From Ranitomeya imitator (Eukaryota), in the NCBI RefSeq assembly GCF_032444005.1, contig NC_091289.1, forward strand, positions 5,394,001 to 5,458,000: DNA of 64,000 bases, read 5' to 3'. Below, piece by piece: positions 10,885 through 24,239 of this stretch. The notes beneath the pieces were generated by a model. That model was not told where the DNA came from and ran no database searches. It saw only the letters and a list, made by a program, of their open reading frames with translations. The position numbers were made by a program, and so were the translations under genes. Position 1 is the stretch's first letter. Each line of letters starts with the position of its first letter.

Positions 10885-11603
10885 ATTGCCCCCCGGTTCT
10901 CTGCTCCCCGATTGCCCCATGGGTGACATCCTGGAGGACGGGGCGGCGGCGGTGGCCCCGTTGGTTGTCATCCAGCTTTTCCAGAAGCAGAACGTACAAT
11001 CCTGTGAATAACTGCTGTGATGGAGGAAATGTGAGTATAACGAGTCCGTGTGAACAGGGGCCAATCTGGAATCCATGGCCCCCAGCAGAAGATGAGGCCC
11101 CCTGATGAGGGCAGAGGTGGCGATCATGGCATGTATGGTGGGAGAGAAGGCGGAAAGCCACTAGCTGGGGATTATGGGGGCGACATACACAGAAGGGGCC
11201 CCATGGGCCCTCTGCCGCACATTGGCCCCTCACGATGCCCCTTATTGTGTCAGTGACAGAAGCGGCCCTGGAGGAGGTCGTGGCCCCTGACCTGCTGGGC
11301 CCAGTGAGGCTGTGCAGGCTGCATCTACCCCTGAGTATTACCCATGAATTGTTTCTCTGAGTGGCCCCCGGGGGCCCCTAAACGCTGTAGTTCCACCCCT
11401 GGATATCGGCCTTTCCCCATATTCCCGGACATGGCGCCACCAGCACTGATGAAATGAATGAGCTTCATCCAAGGACGAGTTCCAGCTCCGCTGAGATGTC
11501 GCTGTCTTATCGCTGGCGGCAGATGTGCGGTTCTCAGGCCTCCGAGCTTCTCACTAATGAGTCATCACTCAAGCCCTGCAGAGCGGACGGACGGACGGAC
11601 ACC

Positions 11604-11700
11604 ATGGCACGACCCTCCTGCTGTCTCCAGACCGCGCTGCGTCTCCTCTTAGTGAGCTTCTCTGTGGCGGCAGAACCGGGGAACAGCACGGACATCGAGG
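11604..11700 (+). CDS. ERP27: Endoplasmic reticulum resident protein 27 (non-catalytic PDI family), coding exon 1 of 7; joined CDS 11604-11700,17743-17834,17920-18057,18995-19111,20576-20701,22402-22590,22896-22931 = 795 nt, 264 aa
   Basis: accATGG Kozak context; MARPSCCLQTALRLLLVSFSVAAEPGNSTDIE is signal-peptide-like; strong phase-1 donor G|GTGAGT matches the phase of the next exon. Assigned by phase and position, since sequence similarity is weak in signal peptides. Confidence 0.8.
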
Positions 11701-11724
11701 GTGAGTCCTGCGGGTACTACAGAG

Positions 11725-14160
11725 TGGTGGCCCCCAGCCCTCAGGGCCCCCAACAGGTCATGTTCTCATGAGAGCACTGGCCCCCAATCCCATCCCTCAG
11801 GGCCCCCAACAGGTCATGTTCTCAGGAGAGCACTGGCCCCCAATCCCAGCCCTCACAGCCCCCAACAGGTCATGTTCTCAGGAGAGCACTGGCCCCCAAT
11901 CCCAGCCCTCACAGCCCCCAACAGGTCATGTTCTCAGGAGAGCACTGGACCCCAATCCCAGCCCTCACAGCCCCCAACACGGCATGTTCTCAGGAGAGCA
12001 CTGGCCCCCAATCCTAGCCCTCACAGCCCCCAACACGTCATGTTCTCAGGAGAGCAGTGGCCCCAACTCCAGCCCTCACAGCCCCCAACAGGTCATGTTC
12101 TCAGGAGAGCACTGGCCCCCAATCCTAACCCTCACAGCCCCCAACATGTCATGTTCTCAGGAGAGCACTGGACCCCAATCCCAGCCCTCACAGCCCCCAA
12201 CAGGTCATGTTCTCAGGAGAGCACTGGCCCCCAATCCTAACCCTCACAGCCCCCAACATGTCATGTTCTCAGGAGAGCACTGGCCCCCAATCCTAACCCT
12301 CACAGCCCCCAACACGTCATGTTCTCAGGAGAGCACTGGCCCCCAATCCTAGCCCTCACAGCCCCCAACACGTCATGTTCTCAGGAGAGCAGTGGCCCCC
12401 AATCCTAGTCCTCACAGCCCCCATCAGGTCATGTTCTCAGGAGAGCAGTGGCCCCCAACTCCAGCCTTCAGAACCCTCAACACATCATGTTCTCAGGAGA
12501 GCACTGGCCCCCAATCCCAGCCCTCACAGCCCCCAACAGGTCATGTTCTCAGGAGAGCACTGGCCCCCAATCCCATCCCTCAGGGCCCCCAACAGGTCAT
12601 GTTCTCAGGAGAGCACTGGACCCCAATCCCAGCCCTCACAGCCCCCAACAGGTCATGTTCTCAGGAGAGCACTGGCCCCCAATCCTAACCCTCACAGCCC
12701 CCAACATGTCATGTTCTCAGGAGAGCACTGGCCCCCAATCCTAACCCTCACAGCCCCCAACACGTCATGTTCTCAGGAGAGCACTGGCCCCCAATCCTAG
12801 CCCTCACAGCCCCCAACACGTCATGTTCTCAGGAGAGCAGTGGCCCCCAATCCTAGTCCTCACAGCCCCCATCAGGTCATGTTCTCAGGAGAGCAGTGGC
12901 CCCCAACTCCAGCCTTCAGAACCCTCAACACATCATGTTCTCAGGAGAGCACTGGCCCCCAATCCCAGCCCTCACAGCCCCCAACAGGTCATGTTCTCAG
13001 GAGAGCACTGGCCCCCAATCCCATCCCTCAGGGCCCCCAACAGGTCATGTTCTCAGGAGAGCACTGGCCCCCAATCCTAGCCCTCACAGCCCCCAACACA
13101 TCATGTTCTCAGGAGAGCACTGGACCCTAATCCCAGCCCTCACAGCCCCCAACACATCATGTTCTCAGGAGAGCACTGGACCCCAATCCCAGCCCGCACA
13201 GCCCTCAACACATCATGTTCTCAGGAGAGCAGTGGCCCCCAACTCCTGCCCTCACAGCCCTCAACATATCATGTTCTCAGGAGAGCAGTGGCCCCCAACT
13301 CCAGCCTTCAGAACCCTCAATACATCATGTTCTCAGGAGAGCAGTGGCCCCCAACTCCAGCCCTCACAGCCCTCAACATGTCATGTTCTCAGGAGAGCAG
13401 TGGCCCCCAACTCCAGCCCTCACAGTCCTCAACATGTCATGTTCTCAGGATCGCGGTGGCCCCCAACTCCAGCCTTCAGAACCCTCAACACGTCATGTTC
13501 TCAGGAGAGCACTGGCCCCCAACTCCAGCCTTCAGAACCCTCAACACATCATGTTCTCAGGAGAGCACTGGCCCCCAACTCCAGACTTCAGAGCCCTCAA
13601 CACGTCATGTTCTCAGGAGAGCAGTGGTCCCCAACTCCAGCCTTCAGAACCCTCAACACGTCATGTTCTCAGGAGAGCAGTGGTCCCCAACTACAGCCTT
13701 CAGAACCCTCAACACGTCATGTTCTCAGGAGAGCACTGGCCCCCAACTCCAGCCTTCAGAACCCTCAACACGTCATGTTCTCAGGAGAGCAGTGGTCCCC
13801 AACTCCAGCCTTCAGAACCCTCAACACGTCATGTTCTCAGGAGAGCAGTGGCCCCCAACTCCAGCCCTCATAGCCCCCAACACATGTTCTCAGGAGAGCA
13901 GTGGTCCCAAACTCCAGCCTTCAGAACCCTCAACACATCATGTTCTCAGGAGAGCAGTGGCCCCCAACTCCAGCCCTCACAGCCCCAACATATGGTCTCA
14001 GGAGCACGGTGGCCCCCAACTCTAGCCCTCATGGCCCCCAACACATCATGTTCTCAGGAGCACGTTGGCCCCCAACTCCAGCCTTCACTGCCTCCAACGT
14101 ATGTTCTCAGGAGAGCAGTGGCCCCCAATCTCAGCCCTCACGGCCCCCAACACTTCATGC
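11725..14160. repeat. 56-bp C-rich minisatellite (CTGGCCCCCAATCCCAGCCCTCACAGCCCCCAACAGGTCATGTTCTCAGGAGAGCA), about 43 copies, start of ERP27 intron 1
   Basis: Direct tandem copies; includes a 448-bp (8-unit) block duplication (ORFs at 12375 and 12823 begin identically). Confidence 0.95.
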
Positions 14161-15547
14161 TACAGGATTTCCTTAGTATCTCACAGGAGCCAGTATCAGA
14201 CACCTGATAATAATCCCATCGCCTGAGCTGAAGGAATCCTGAGACCTGATCTTCTCGGGCCCGGTGGACCGGAGCTCCAGGAATCAGGTGTGGAGGACGC
14301 GGCCATCATGACTGGACCCAGCACCGTCCTCATAGAGGCACCTTAAGCCCAGACTGTGAATCCGCGCCCCAAGCCTGAGAGACCCCCATGTGAAGTATTG
14401 TGGCTCCATGTTATCCCTCCAGTGACCCCTCATACCCCACCCAGGTCACTCCACGTCTCATCCCTCCTACACATCATCCATGGAAGCAGTGGAGGCATTT
14501 TCCCAAGTTGAGTTCCCAGGTTGGACTTTCCTGGCAGTTTTGGTGCTGGAATAGTTGAAACTAATGTAACCCTTACATGCCTGGCGTGCCAGTGTAAGGA
14601 GACTTATAGGCCTTGGGAGCATTGCATGGCCTACAAGGCTCCTTACATTCACATGTCAGACATGTCACTCTCCACAAGGAGAATTGTTACCCTTTAAACC
14701 CCATTGTAAGGAATCAAACATGTTCTATAGATCGGCTGATCCTTTACTGGTTCTACTGGGAATTCAGAAGGGTACACTGGAAAATAATAGAATCTGTTTA
14801 ATGCAGCTTTTGTACCCGGTGGGGGCTATTATGACTTTATTTACTATTTAATAGAATAATGTAACAGTCGGGTGGAGGAATAAGTTGTAAGATGCTGTGT
14901 ACTTGCAGTCACCACTAGGGGGAGCTCGCTGCATGCTGATTGATGCTATAATTGTCATTATAAATGTTTAAAAAGTATTTTTCCATAAATAAACTTTAAA
15001 AAAAAGCAAAGAAATCATTAGTGAATAGGCTGTTAAGCAATCGCTCCGGACTTTGGCCCGTGACGCCCGTGTTCCCATACACCGCTGCTATGTTATAGTG
15101 AAATGGCAGCTGTTCTGGTTCTCAGGGAAATCTCGGAGCGGTGGACGCCAGGGGGGCGACGCAATCAGTTCTCTAATTTCCCAGGTGGAAAATGTAAATT
15201 AATATAATCACTCGTCATTAAATCAAAGCAGAGCAGAAACTCCGGGGAGAACGTCCGCGGGGAGAACGTCCGCGGGGAGAACGTCCGTGGGGGCTCATTA
15301 CTAACATGTGTTACACCCCAAACACCAAAGATTTCCCTTCACTACTCAGAAACAAAAATCTCCCGAGGAGCCGAAGACCCCAGAGACTGAACCAGCAGCA
15401 AGAAACCTGAGAGAGATTATAAAACTTTCCATCAAGCACCAAATGTTTATATCCAGAGAAATAATGATTCCCTAGATGATATTATATCCGAAGAGTATAA
15501 AAAAGAAACAGAGAAAATAACTTCTCATGTTTTATCATCAATATAAA

Positions 15548-17633
15548 ATTACATTACTGATCCTGCATTATACTCCAGAGCTGCACTCTGATCCTGAGTT
15601 ACATCCTGTATTATACTCCAGAGCTGCACTCACTATTCTGCTGGTGCAGTTACTGTGTACATACATTACATTACTGATCCTGAGTTACATCCTGTATTAT
15701 ACTCCAGAGCTGCACTCACTATTCTGCTGGTCACTGTGTACATACATTACTGATCCTGAGTTACCTCCTGTATTATACTGCAGAGCTGCACTCACTATTC
15801 TGCTGGTGCAGTCACTGTGTACATACATTACATTACTGATCCTGAGTTACATCCTGTATTATACTCCAGAGCTGCACTCACTATTCTGCTGGTGCAGTCA
15901 CTGTGTACATACATTACTGTTCCTGAGTTACCTCCTGTATTATACTACAGAGCTGCACTCACTATTCTGCTGGTGCAGTCACTGTGTACATACATTACAT
16001 TACTGATCCTGAGTTACATCCTGTATTATACTCCAGAGCTGCACTCACTATTCTGCTGGTGCAGTCACTGTGCACATACATTACATTACTGATCCTGAGT
16101 TACATCCTGTATTATACTCCAGAGCTGCACTCACTATTCTGCTGGTGCAGTCACTGTGTACATACATTACTGATCCTGAGTTACCTCCTGTATTATACTG
16201 CAGAGCTGCACTCACTATTCTGCTGGTGCAGTCACTGTGTACATACATTACATTACTGATCCTGAGTTACATCCTGTATTATACTCCAGAGCTGCAGTCA
16301 CTATTCTGCTGGTGCAGTCACTGTGTACATACATTACATTACTGATCCTGAGTTACCTCCTGTATTATACTGCAGAGCTGCACTCACTATTCTGCTGGTG
16401 CAGTCACTGTGTACATACATTACATTACTGATCCCGAGTTACCTCCTGTATTATACTCCAGAGCTGCACTCACTATTCTGCTGGTGCAGTCACTGTGTAC
16501 ATACATTACATTACTGATCCTGAGTTACATCCTGTATTATACTCCAGAGCTGCACTCACTATTCTGCTGGTGCAGTCACTGTGTACATTACATTCCTGAT
16601 CCTGAGTTACATCCTGTATTATACCCCAGAGCTGCACTCACTATTCTGCTAGAACAGTCACTGTGTACATACATTACATTACTGATCCTGCGTTACCTCC
16701 TGTATTATACTCCAGAGCTGCACTCACTATTCTGCTCGTGCAGTCACTGTGTACATATATTACATTACTGATCCTGCGTTACCTCCTGTATTATACTCCA
16801 GAGCTGCACTCACTATTCTGCTGGTGCAATCACTGTGTACATATATTACATTACTGATCCTGAGTTACATCCTGTATTATACTCCAGAGCTGCACTCACT
16901 AATCTGCTGGTGCAATCACTGTGTAACATAGTAACATAGTAACATAGTTAGTAAGGCCGAAAAAAGACATTTGTCCATCCAGTTCAGCCTATATTCCATC
17001 ATAATAAATACCCAGATCTACGTCCTTCTACAGAACCTAATAATTGTACATACATTACATTACCGATTCTGAGTTACCTCCTGTATTATACTCCAGAGCT
17101 GCACTCACTATTCTGCTGGTGCAGTCATTGTGTACATAAATTACATTACTGATCCTGAGTTACATCCTGTATTATACCCCAGAGCTGCCCTCACTATTCT
17201 GCTGGTGCAGTCACTGTGTACATACATTACATTACTGATCCTGAGTTACATCCTGTATTATACCCCAGAGCTGCACTCACTATTCTGCTGGTGCAGTCAT
17301 TGTGTACATAAATTACATTACTGATCCTGAGTTACATCCTGTATTATACCCCAGAGCTGCACTCACTATTCTGCTGGTGCAGTCACTGTGTACATACATT
17401 ACATTACTGATCCTGAGTTACATCCTGTATTATACTCCAGAGCTGCACTCACTATTCTGCTGGTGCAGTCACTGTGTACATACATTACATTACTGATCCT
17501 GAGTTACATCCTGTATTATACTCCAGAGCTGCACTCACTATTCTGCTGGTGCAGTCACTGTGTACATACATTACATTACTGATCCTGAGTTACATCCTGT
17601 ATTATACTCCAGAGCTGCGCTCACTCTTCTGCA
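15548..17633. repeat. 86-bp minisatellite array 2 (with 81-bp and deleted variants), ERP27 intron 1
   Basis: Same unit and orientation as array 1. Confidence 0.95.
16925..17048 (-). mobile_element. About 125-bp CR1 3' stub inserted antisense in the 86-bp array
   Basis: Reverse complement of about 8914-9035, including the (CTATGTTA)n tail; I saw one mismatch. Confidence 0.93.
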
Positions 17634-17742
17634 TTCCCCGCTTGCTCAGGTTTTGCGCTTTCTGTGGAGTTTCCTTCTTTGTCTCCTTGTGCTCGGGATG
17701 ATATTTGGGGTTTCCTTATAACTTCCGTTATTTCCACTTTAG

Positions 17743-17834
17743 CTCCTGTGAGAGGCGCCATCGTATTAGATGATGTTCCTTCTGCCAGAGCCTTCATTGG
17801 TTCCACGGAGATCGCGGTGGTCGGGTTTTTCGTG
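17743..17834 (+). CDS. ERP27: ERP27 coding exon 2
   Basis: actttag acceptor, (A)PVRGAIVLDDVPSARAFIGSTEIAVVGFFV (compare mammalian WLTDVPAAMEFIAATEVAVIGFFQ), donor GTCAGT. Confidence 0.9.
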
Positions 17835-17919
17835 GTCAGTGGACTTTCTTGGTCAGTAAATGTACATTAGTGCAGATTCCGTTTTACATATTTACATCGT
17901 TCTGCTTTTTTTCGGACAG

Positions 17920-18057
17920 GACCCCGAGAAGCCAGAATTTGGGTATTTTAATACAATTGTTAAATATCATCCAGAATGGGATTACGGCATCACAACCAGC
18001 AAAGACGTCCTGAAGCACTACAAGATCCAGAGTAACTCCATATCCATATTCCGGCAG
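17920..18057 (+). CDS. ERP27: ERP27 coding exon 3
   Basis: DPEKPEFGYFNTIVKYHPEWDYGITTSKDVLKHYKIQSNSISIFRQ, thioredoxin-like b domain; AG/GT bounded, phase 0. Confidence 0.92.
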
Positions 18058-18994
18058 GTGATGGCGCCGCTTCTATTTGGCATTTTTTTCTTTATAGTTC
18101 ATTGTTCTGCTGACTTTCTGTTGGCTCTCAGGACCTCCAGATCTCCATGCTGCCCCCTGCTGGTTGAGCATATGTGCAGCACATGTCATTCCAAATGTCA
18201 CTGGTTTCTTACTATCAGAATACTGAAGAAAAAGGGAAGTGCAGCATAAAATTACAAGAAATGTTATTAAGTAAATAAATATTAACAGTAATAAGGGGAA
18301 TGTGAGCAGAGTAATAGGAATAGGAATTTATGGAAACAATCAGGGTGATATAACAGAGCCATCTAGTGGACAAATGAGGGTATGACCGAACTGCATAGTA
18401 AAAAGCCCCAGAGGTGTTCACAATAATGTGCATGAGGACGAACATGAAGCAAGGAATGAGCTAAAATAAAGTGAAGCAGACAAACTCAAAAAGGTGAAGA
18501 TGCATGAAATGAAATCACAGGATTGTTTTGCCAAATGCACATGATAGTAATTAATAATAAAGCAAAAAGTTCCTAAGTGCAAATTTAACAAATAAATAAT
18601 ATCAAGTGATCAAATATTTATTAACTAGCAAATGTTGCTCAATATGCAAAAATTGACACGTGCAAAGCAAAGACACATGCAATAGATGACAGAACTCAGA
18701 AATGAATGCGCCTAATAAAGTGCAAGTGCATGAAAAATGCAAGTGCAAGAACGAAGGCGTGCGGAGAAGGCAATGTCACAGCAGATGGACCATAAATAAA
18801 GGGCAACAAGCAAGTGATGGTCGGTCCTACAGTCACCAAAGATCCTCTGGCCCTAAGATGTTCCATGAAGATGAAACCAGACAGTTGGAGATGATCCTGT
18901 GTGTGAATGCGCAGAACCTCAGGCGCAGATTTCGGGCTGCAGCTTTGGTTGTGACCAGAGTGTGAAATGATTTTTTTTTTTTTTCTGATCACAG

Positions 18995-19111
18995 GCAGAT
19001 AATTTCCGGGACGACATGGTGGTGGAGTTGGTAGAAGAACTTACTCCTGCCAAACTTTACCGATTCCTCACCATCAATGAGCTGAGACTGGTCACAGACT
19101 ATAACCCCATG
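18995..19111 (+). CDS. ERP27: ERP27 coding exon 4
   Basis: Poly-T acceptor, ADNFRDDMVVELVEELTPAKLYRFLTINELRLVTDYNPM, donor GTAAGG. Confidence 0.92.
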
Positions 19112-19247
19112 GTAAGGAATCGTTTCCTCCTGAAATCAGGCAGGTGCAGATTTAATATATCAGTAATATCAGGATCTCTGCTTGCTGTCAGTGAGTGGAA
19201 ACATTCTCGATTGAATCTAGAGGCCGGGAATCTGTACAGACCTATTA

Positions 19248-19857
19248 GGCTATGTGCCCACGTTGCAGAATAGAAGCAGATTTTTCCTTTTTCAAAACCG
19301 CACACCCTTGCCAGGGAAAACGCATGCGGATTTTGATGCGTTTTTCATGCGTTTTTGAGCAAAAATAAAGTTGGGACAAAAAAAAAGTCCAACCCCGCTT
19401 TTAAATTTTAATTTCTTGTTGGATTCAAGATGCCACAAGTGCAGCCCCAGCGGCGTCTCAGACAAGAAAATCTGCGCACTTTGCTGCTTACGTTACTGAT
19501 TCTGCTGGATTATGGGATGCCCATGGGATGGCATGATGGGATGCCCATGATATCACTTCCTATTTGCTGCGGTTTTGATTTACAAAACCGCAGCAAATGC
19601 GCTTGAAATCCGCAAACATTTTTAATATTTGCGGATTTCAAGAGTTCCAATACAAGTCTATGGCGGCAGAATAAATGAACACGCTGCGTATTTTACCACA
19701 ACGCGATTCCGCTGCTGAAAAATACGCAGCATGGGCACAGCAATTGCAGAATGCAATTAAAATTAATGCGATGCGTTTTATTAGCGTTTTTTTAAGCTTT
19801 TCCGCAGCGGAAAAACATGGCAGAAAGGCTTAAAAAATGCAACGTGGGCACACAGCC
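19248..19857. mobile_element. PIF/Harbinger-type MITE, ERP27 intron 4
   Basis: TIR GGCTATGTGCCCACGTTGCA / TGCAACGTGGGCACACAGCC; TTA TSD at 19245-19247 and 19858-19860. Confidence 0.85.
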
Positions 19858-20575
19858 TTACTTTTCACAGCTGATCCTTTGTTCCAGTGTATCCAAACAT
19901 CCTGGATGTCAGACTGACCATTTTCAGCTGCACTGATACATTGTGACAAGCTGTTATTCTGCAGCTGTGTTCACTGCAGAGGATTGTGTAGACCGGATAC
20001 ATTGTAACAAATGATCTGGATTGGTGACGGTGTATGATCTGCTGATGTGTTTATCTCACAGAGGATTGTTAGATTGGCTACGACTGTAACAAACCCTCAG
20101 CAGTGACACATATTTGGACAGGACGGATCGTAACCATTTTTGGAAATTTACATTTGGCTGGTTGAGCAAAAAATAGACAAATATTAATAAAGACTGCAGG
20201 GTCAGACGACACAGGGTTTGTTTGTGGTCTGTTACCATGGAGACACATAGGTCTGCATAGCAGCTGTAAACCTAAAACAGTTCTTGATTTCTGACTATGC
20301 GGTGCTGGATCAAAATGCACTGGAACATTAAGGGTTAAAATGAAGACACAGTCTTAGCTTCAGGATGTAAATCTGGATGTCTCCATTCACTGACAGCAAG
20401 TATAGATGATGAATCAGACAGGAGCAGTAACATAAACTGCACAATGTTCTGTCTGTGAGTTGTGACTTGTTCTGCACCAGAGAATCAGCAGAGGCGAGCG
20501 AGCGCCAGAGGCGAGGAATAGCAGAGCGCTGAGCGCAGCGCCGGCCGTCCGTGTAATCTGCGCTTCTCTCCTCAG

Positions 20576-20701
20576 ACGGCCATCGGACTGATCGCCTCCA
20601 AAGTCCAGGTCCATCTCATCTTCTTCACTCACAAGGACGTGAAAGAACAGGAAGAAATAACGAGGGAACTACGGGAAGCGGCAAAGGATCTCCGGGGGCA
20701 G
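20576..20701 (+). CDS. ERP27: ERP27 coding exon 5
   Basis: ttctctcctcag acceptor, TAIGLIASKVQVHLIFFTHKDVKEQEEITRELREAAKDLRGQ, donor GTCTGA. Confidence 0.9.
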
Positions 20702-20774
20702 GTCTGACATAAGGGGGAGCACCGCACGGACACAGCAAGAAGTGACGAGACCCCAAAATACGCATCCCATAATC

Positions 20775-22375
20775 ACTATCCTATAACAGACCCCATAATA
20801 CAGATCTCAACATTCAGAGCAGACCCCATAATATAGACCCCAGTATTCAGAGCAGACCCCATAATATAGACCCCAGTATTCAGTCCAGACCCCATAATAT
20901 AGACCCCAGTATTCAGTCCAGACCCCATAATATAGACCCCAGTATTCAGAGCAGACCCCATAATATAGACCCCAGTATTCAGAGCAGACCCTATAATATA
21001 GACCCCAGTATTCAGTCCAGACCCCATAATACAGACCCCAATATTCAGAGCAGACCCCAATATTCAGAGCAGACCCCAATATTCAGACCTGACCCCATAA
21101 TATAGACCCCAATATTCAGACCTGACCCCATAATATAGACCCCAATATTCAGACCCCAGGATCGATATCCATGGTCCCCATCGCCCACCATATTGTTCCA
21201 CTCTCACACCGCAGACCCCGATATTCAGTGCAGACCCCATAATATAGACCCCAATAATCAGACCCCATGATATAGACCCCAATAGTCAGACCCCATGATA
21301 TAGACCCCAATAGTCAGACCACATGATATAGACCCCAATATTCAGACCCCAGGATCGATATCCATGGTCCCCATCGCCCACCATATTGTTCCACTCTCAC
21401 ACCGCAGACCCCGATATTCAGTGCAGACCCCATAATATAGACCCCAATAGTCAGACCCCATGATATAGACCCCAATAGTCAGACCCCATGATATAGACCC
21501 CAATAGTCAGATATCCATGCTCCCCATCACCCACCATATCATTCCGCTCTCACACCGAAGACCCCGATATTCAGTGCAGACCCCATAATATAGACCCCAA
21601 TAGTCAGACCCCATGATATAGACCCCAATAGTCAGACACCATGATATAGACCCCAATAGTCAGATATCCATGCTCCCCATCGCCCACCATATCATTCCGC
21701 TCTCATGCCGCAGACCCCGATATTCAGTGCAGACCCCATAATATAGACCCCAATAGTCAGACCCCATGATATAGACCCCAATAGTCAGACCCCATGATAT
21801 AGACCCCAATAGTCAGCTATCCGTGCTCCCCATCGCCCACCATATCATTTCGCCCTCACGCCGCAGACCCCACACCACAGACCCCATACTGACCGGACCC
21901 CAATTGTCAGACCCCATGATATAGACCCCAATAGTCAGACCCCATGATATAGACCCCAATAGTCAGACCCCATGATATAGACCCCAATAGTCAGACCCCA
22001 TGATATAGACCCCAATAGTCAGACCCCATGATATAGACCCCAATAGTCAGCTATCCGTGCTCCCCATCGCTCACCATATCATTCCGCCCTCACGCCGCAG
22101 ACCCCACACCACAGACCCCATGATATAGACCCCAATAGTCAGACCCCATGATATAGACCCCAATAGTCAGACCCCATGATATAGACCCCAATAGTCAGCT
22201 ATCCGTGCTCCCCATCGCCCACCATATCATTCCGCCCTCACGCCGCAGACCCCACACCACAGCTCCCATACTGACCGGACCCCAATAGTCAGACCCCATG
22301 ATATAGACCCCAATATTCAGACCCCATGATATAGACCCCAATAGTCAGACCCCATGATATAGACCCCAATGTCAG
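20775..22375. repeat. Composite AGACCCC minisatellite (33-bp units, then 28-bp units with longer higher-order blocks), ERP27 intron 5
   Basis: Units AGACCCCATAATATAGACCCCAGTATTCAGAGC and AGACCCCATGATATAGACCCCAATAGTC; runs to within 30 nt of the exon 6 acceptor. Confidence 0.92.
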
Positions 22376-22401
22376 CCCCCATAATTGCGGATGATTTCCA
22401 G

Positions 22402-22590
22402 GTTCTGATTGTGAAGATGGACGTGAGCTCGAGGAACAATCAGAAGATCCTGTCGCGCTTTCAGCTGCAGCCGCGCGACCTCCCGCTCCTGTCCGTGTAC
22501 GACACCGAGTCCAACCAGAAACGGATCATGGCCCCCGGGGAGGTCACCGCCGCCGCCGTGAAGAAATTCTGCCTCGACTTCTTATCGAGG
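22402..22590 (+). CDS. ERP27: ERP27 coding exon 6
   Basis: VLIVKMDVSSRNNQKILSRFQLQPRDLPLLSVYDTESNQKRIMAPGEVTAAAVKKFCLDFLSR (b' domain), donor GTGAGT. Confidence 0.92.
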
Positions 22591-22895
22591 GTGAGTGGTC
22601 ACCGAGAACACCAGGGGTCTGCGGACCCGGGGGCTACGGGGGTCACCACTAAAGGGGGCTCCGTCCCAGGGCGGACTGTGTCATTCAGGATAAAGGCAGA
22701 GATCAGGGGGGAAACTGCCCCCAACAAGCGGCCCACAAAGATGTCAATCAAAGGGTTATACATGTGCCCCGCCCACTGGACTCCAGGGGAGCACAGTGCA
22801 GTCATGTGACTGATGGGAGGGGCCTGCGCTCAGGTTTTTTTCATGTTTTCTACATTTTCATTAAATATTTACATCAAACGTTTATTATTTTCCAG

Positions 22896-22931
22896 GAGGA
22901 AGAATCAGAAAATGCGAAGACAGAATTATAA
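22896..22931 (+). CDS. ERP27: ERP27 coding exon 7 (last), C-terminal KTEL ER-retention signal
   Basis: ttattttccag acceptor, EEESENAKTEL-TAA; KDEL-like ending. ATTAAA at 22993-22998 is a possible polyA signal. Confidence 0.88.
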   Translation, partial: EEESENAKTEL

Positions 22932-24239
22932 CATTTAGAAGTTTGTTACTTTTCTGGAAATCTTATTTTTTTTCTTGTTTTTACAATTTTTAATTAAATC
23001 TTTTATTTACTGAAAAAATTGTCATTAACCCCTGAGGTCCTGTGTGGCGTCCTGCAGTTCCTGGAGTGCACACTAGAGGGGGGAAGAATTGCAGGAGGAG
23101 GGAGGACATTTTCCCATTATTGGGGGTGCGGCTTCTTAAAGGGGCAGACACAGGTTGGAATGAGTAAATCTTCCTTAATTGTAACATTTTCCTCAACTTG
23201 TTACAAACATTTCCATTTTCTCGCAGGAATTATTTTACCCTTTTGTTATGCAGTTTTCAATATGTCATTGACCCAAATTAGGATATTTTTGTCCTGCCCC
23301 TAGGACCGCCCTCCAAGGCCCGGTACCTCCCACTTTGGGGTGATGCTCAGCCTCCTTCTTTCCTGTTCTTGCTGTGTCAGTCTTTACTGTTGCATTATCC
23401 TTCTATTCCTGACACATGGCCATAGTGACAGATCCTGCCCAGATGTAGCAGAGCCACGCTGCTGGGCATGGGTGCTGACCATGCCGGGTCATTGCTGTAT
23501 ACTCAGCGCTCAGAGATCATGTCGGGTCAGCTGCTCACAGGGTCGCGGGTTCACAGCGGGATATTTGTGGACAATGGCGCTGTGTCTGCTCGTCCTATTA
23601 ATATTCAGTGTGGAAATATCGCTGACCACAGACAAGTCTCCATCCCGCAGGCCGATCAGTTATTTTCGGAGCTGTCGCCCCCTCACCTGGAGCAGGTAAT
23701 AATTATACCCCACTTAGTCTATTGGAGCTGCATTAACCACCAAGGTTCACCACAGCTTCGCTCAGGGGACATGTGACCCGGGGCTGACGGACAGATGTCA
23801 CCCGCAGGGTCATTTACCCTGAAGACCTCAGACCCCGCTAATATGATAGTGCGGCTGCAGGCGTCTGTGACAAGAGCCCAATCACTCCTGTATCTGTAAT
23901 TCGTCACCATTTGTAAGGAGTCTCCTTGCTGTCAGTGAATGAAAAACTTCCTGTTTATAGCCAGAAACTAAGAATGTGTCGGTGTGATGACAAATCATAG
24001 AAATGTGTCAGGAAGAACAAAATCAGGAAAAAATGCCGCATGTCATGAAAAGATTTAAAGGGATCCTGTCACCAGGTGTCTTCTTCGTCCCCAAAATCGC
24101 TGTCACTGTTGCCTGACATCATCGACACGACCGGTTCTACTCTCGCACCTGCACAGTAGTGAACAAGACCTGCGCAGGAACAACAAGCAGAATGGACCCC
24201 TCATGTCAGGAGAGACGGAGACTCTGAAGCTCAGCACGG

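Noticed and set aside
10919-11030. ATG at 10919 (MGDILEDGAAAVAPLVVIQLFQK) as an alternative ERP27 start
   Set aside because: Not signal-peptide-like, runs into a stop, and lacks a good phase-1 donor; the exon at 11604-11700 fits much better.
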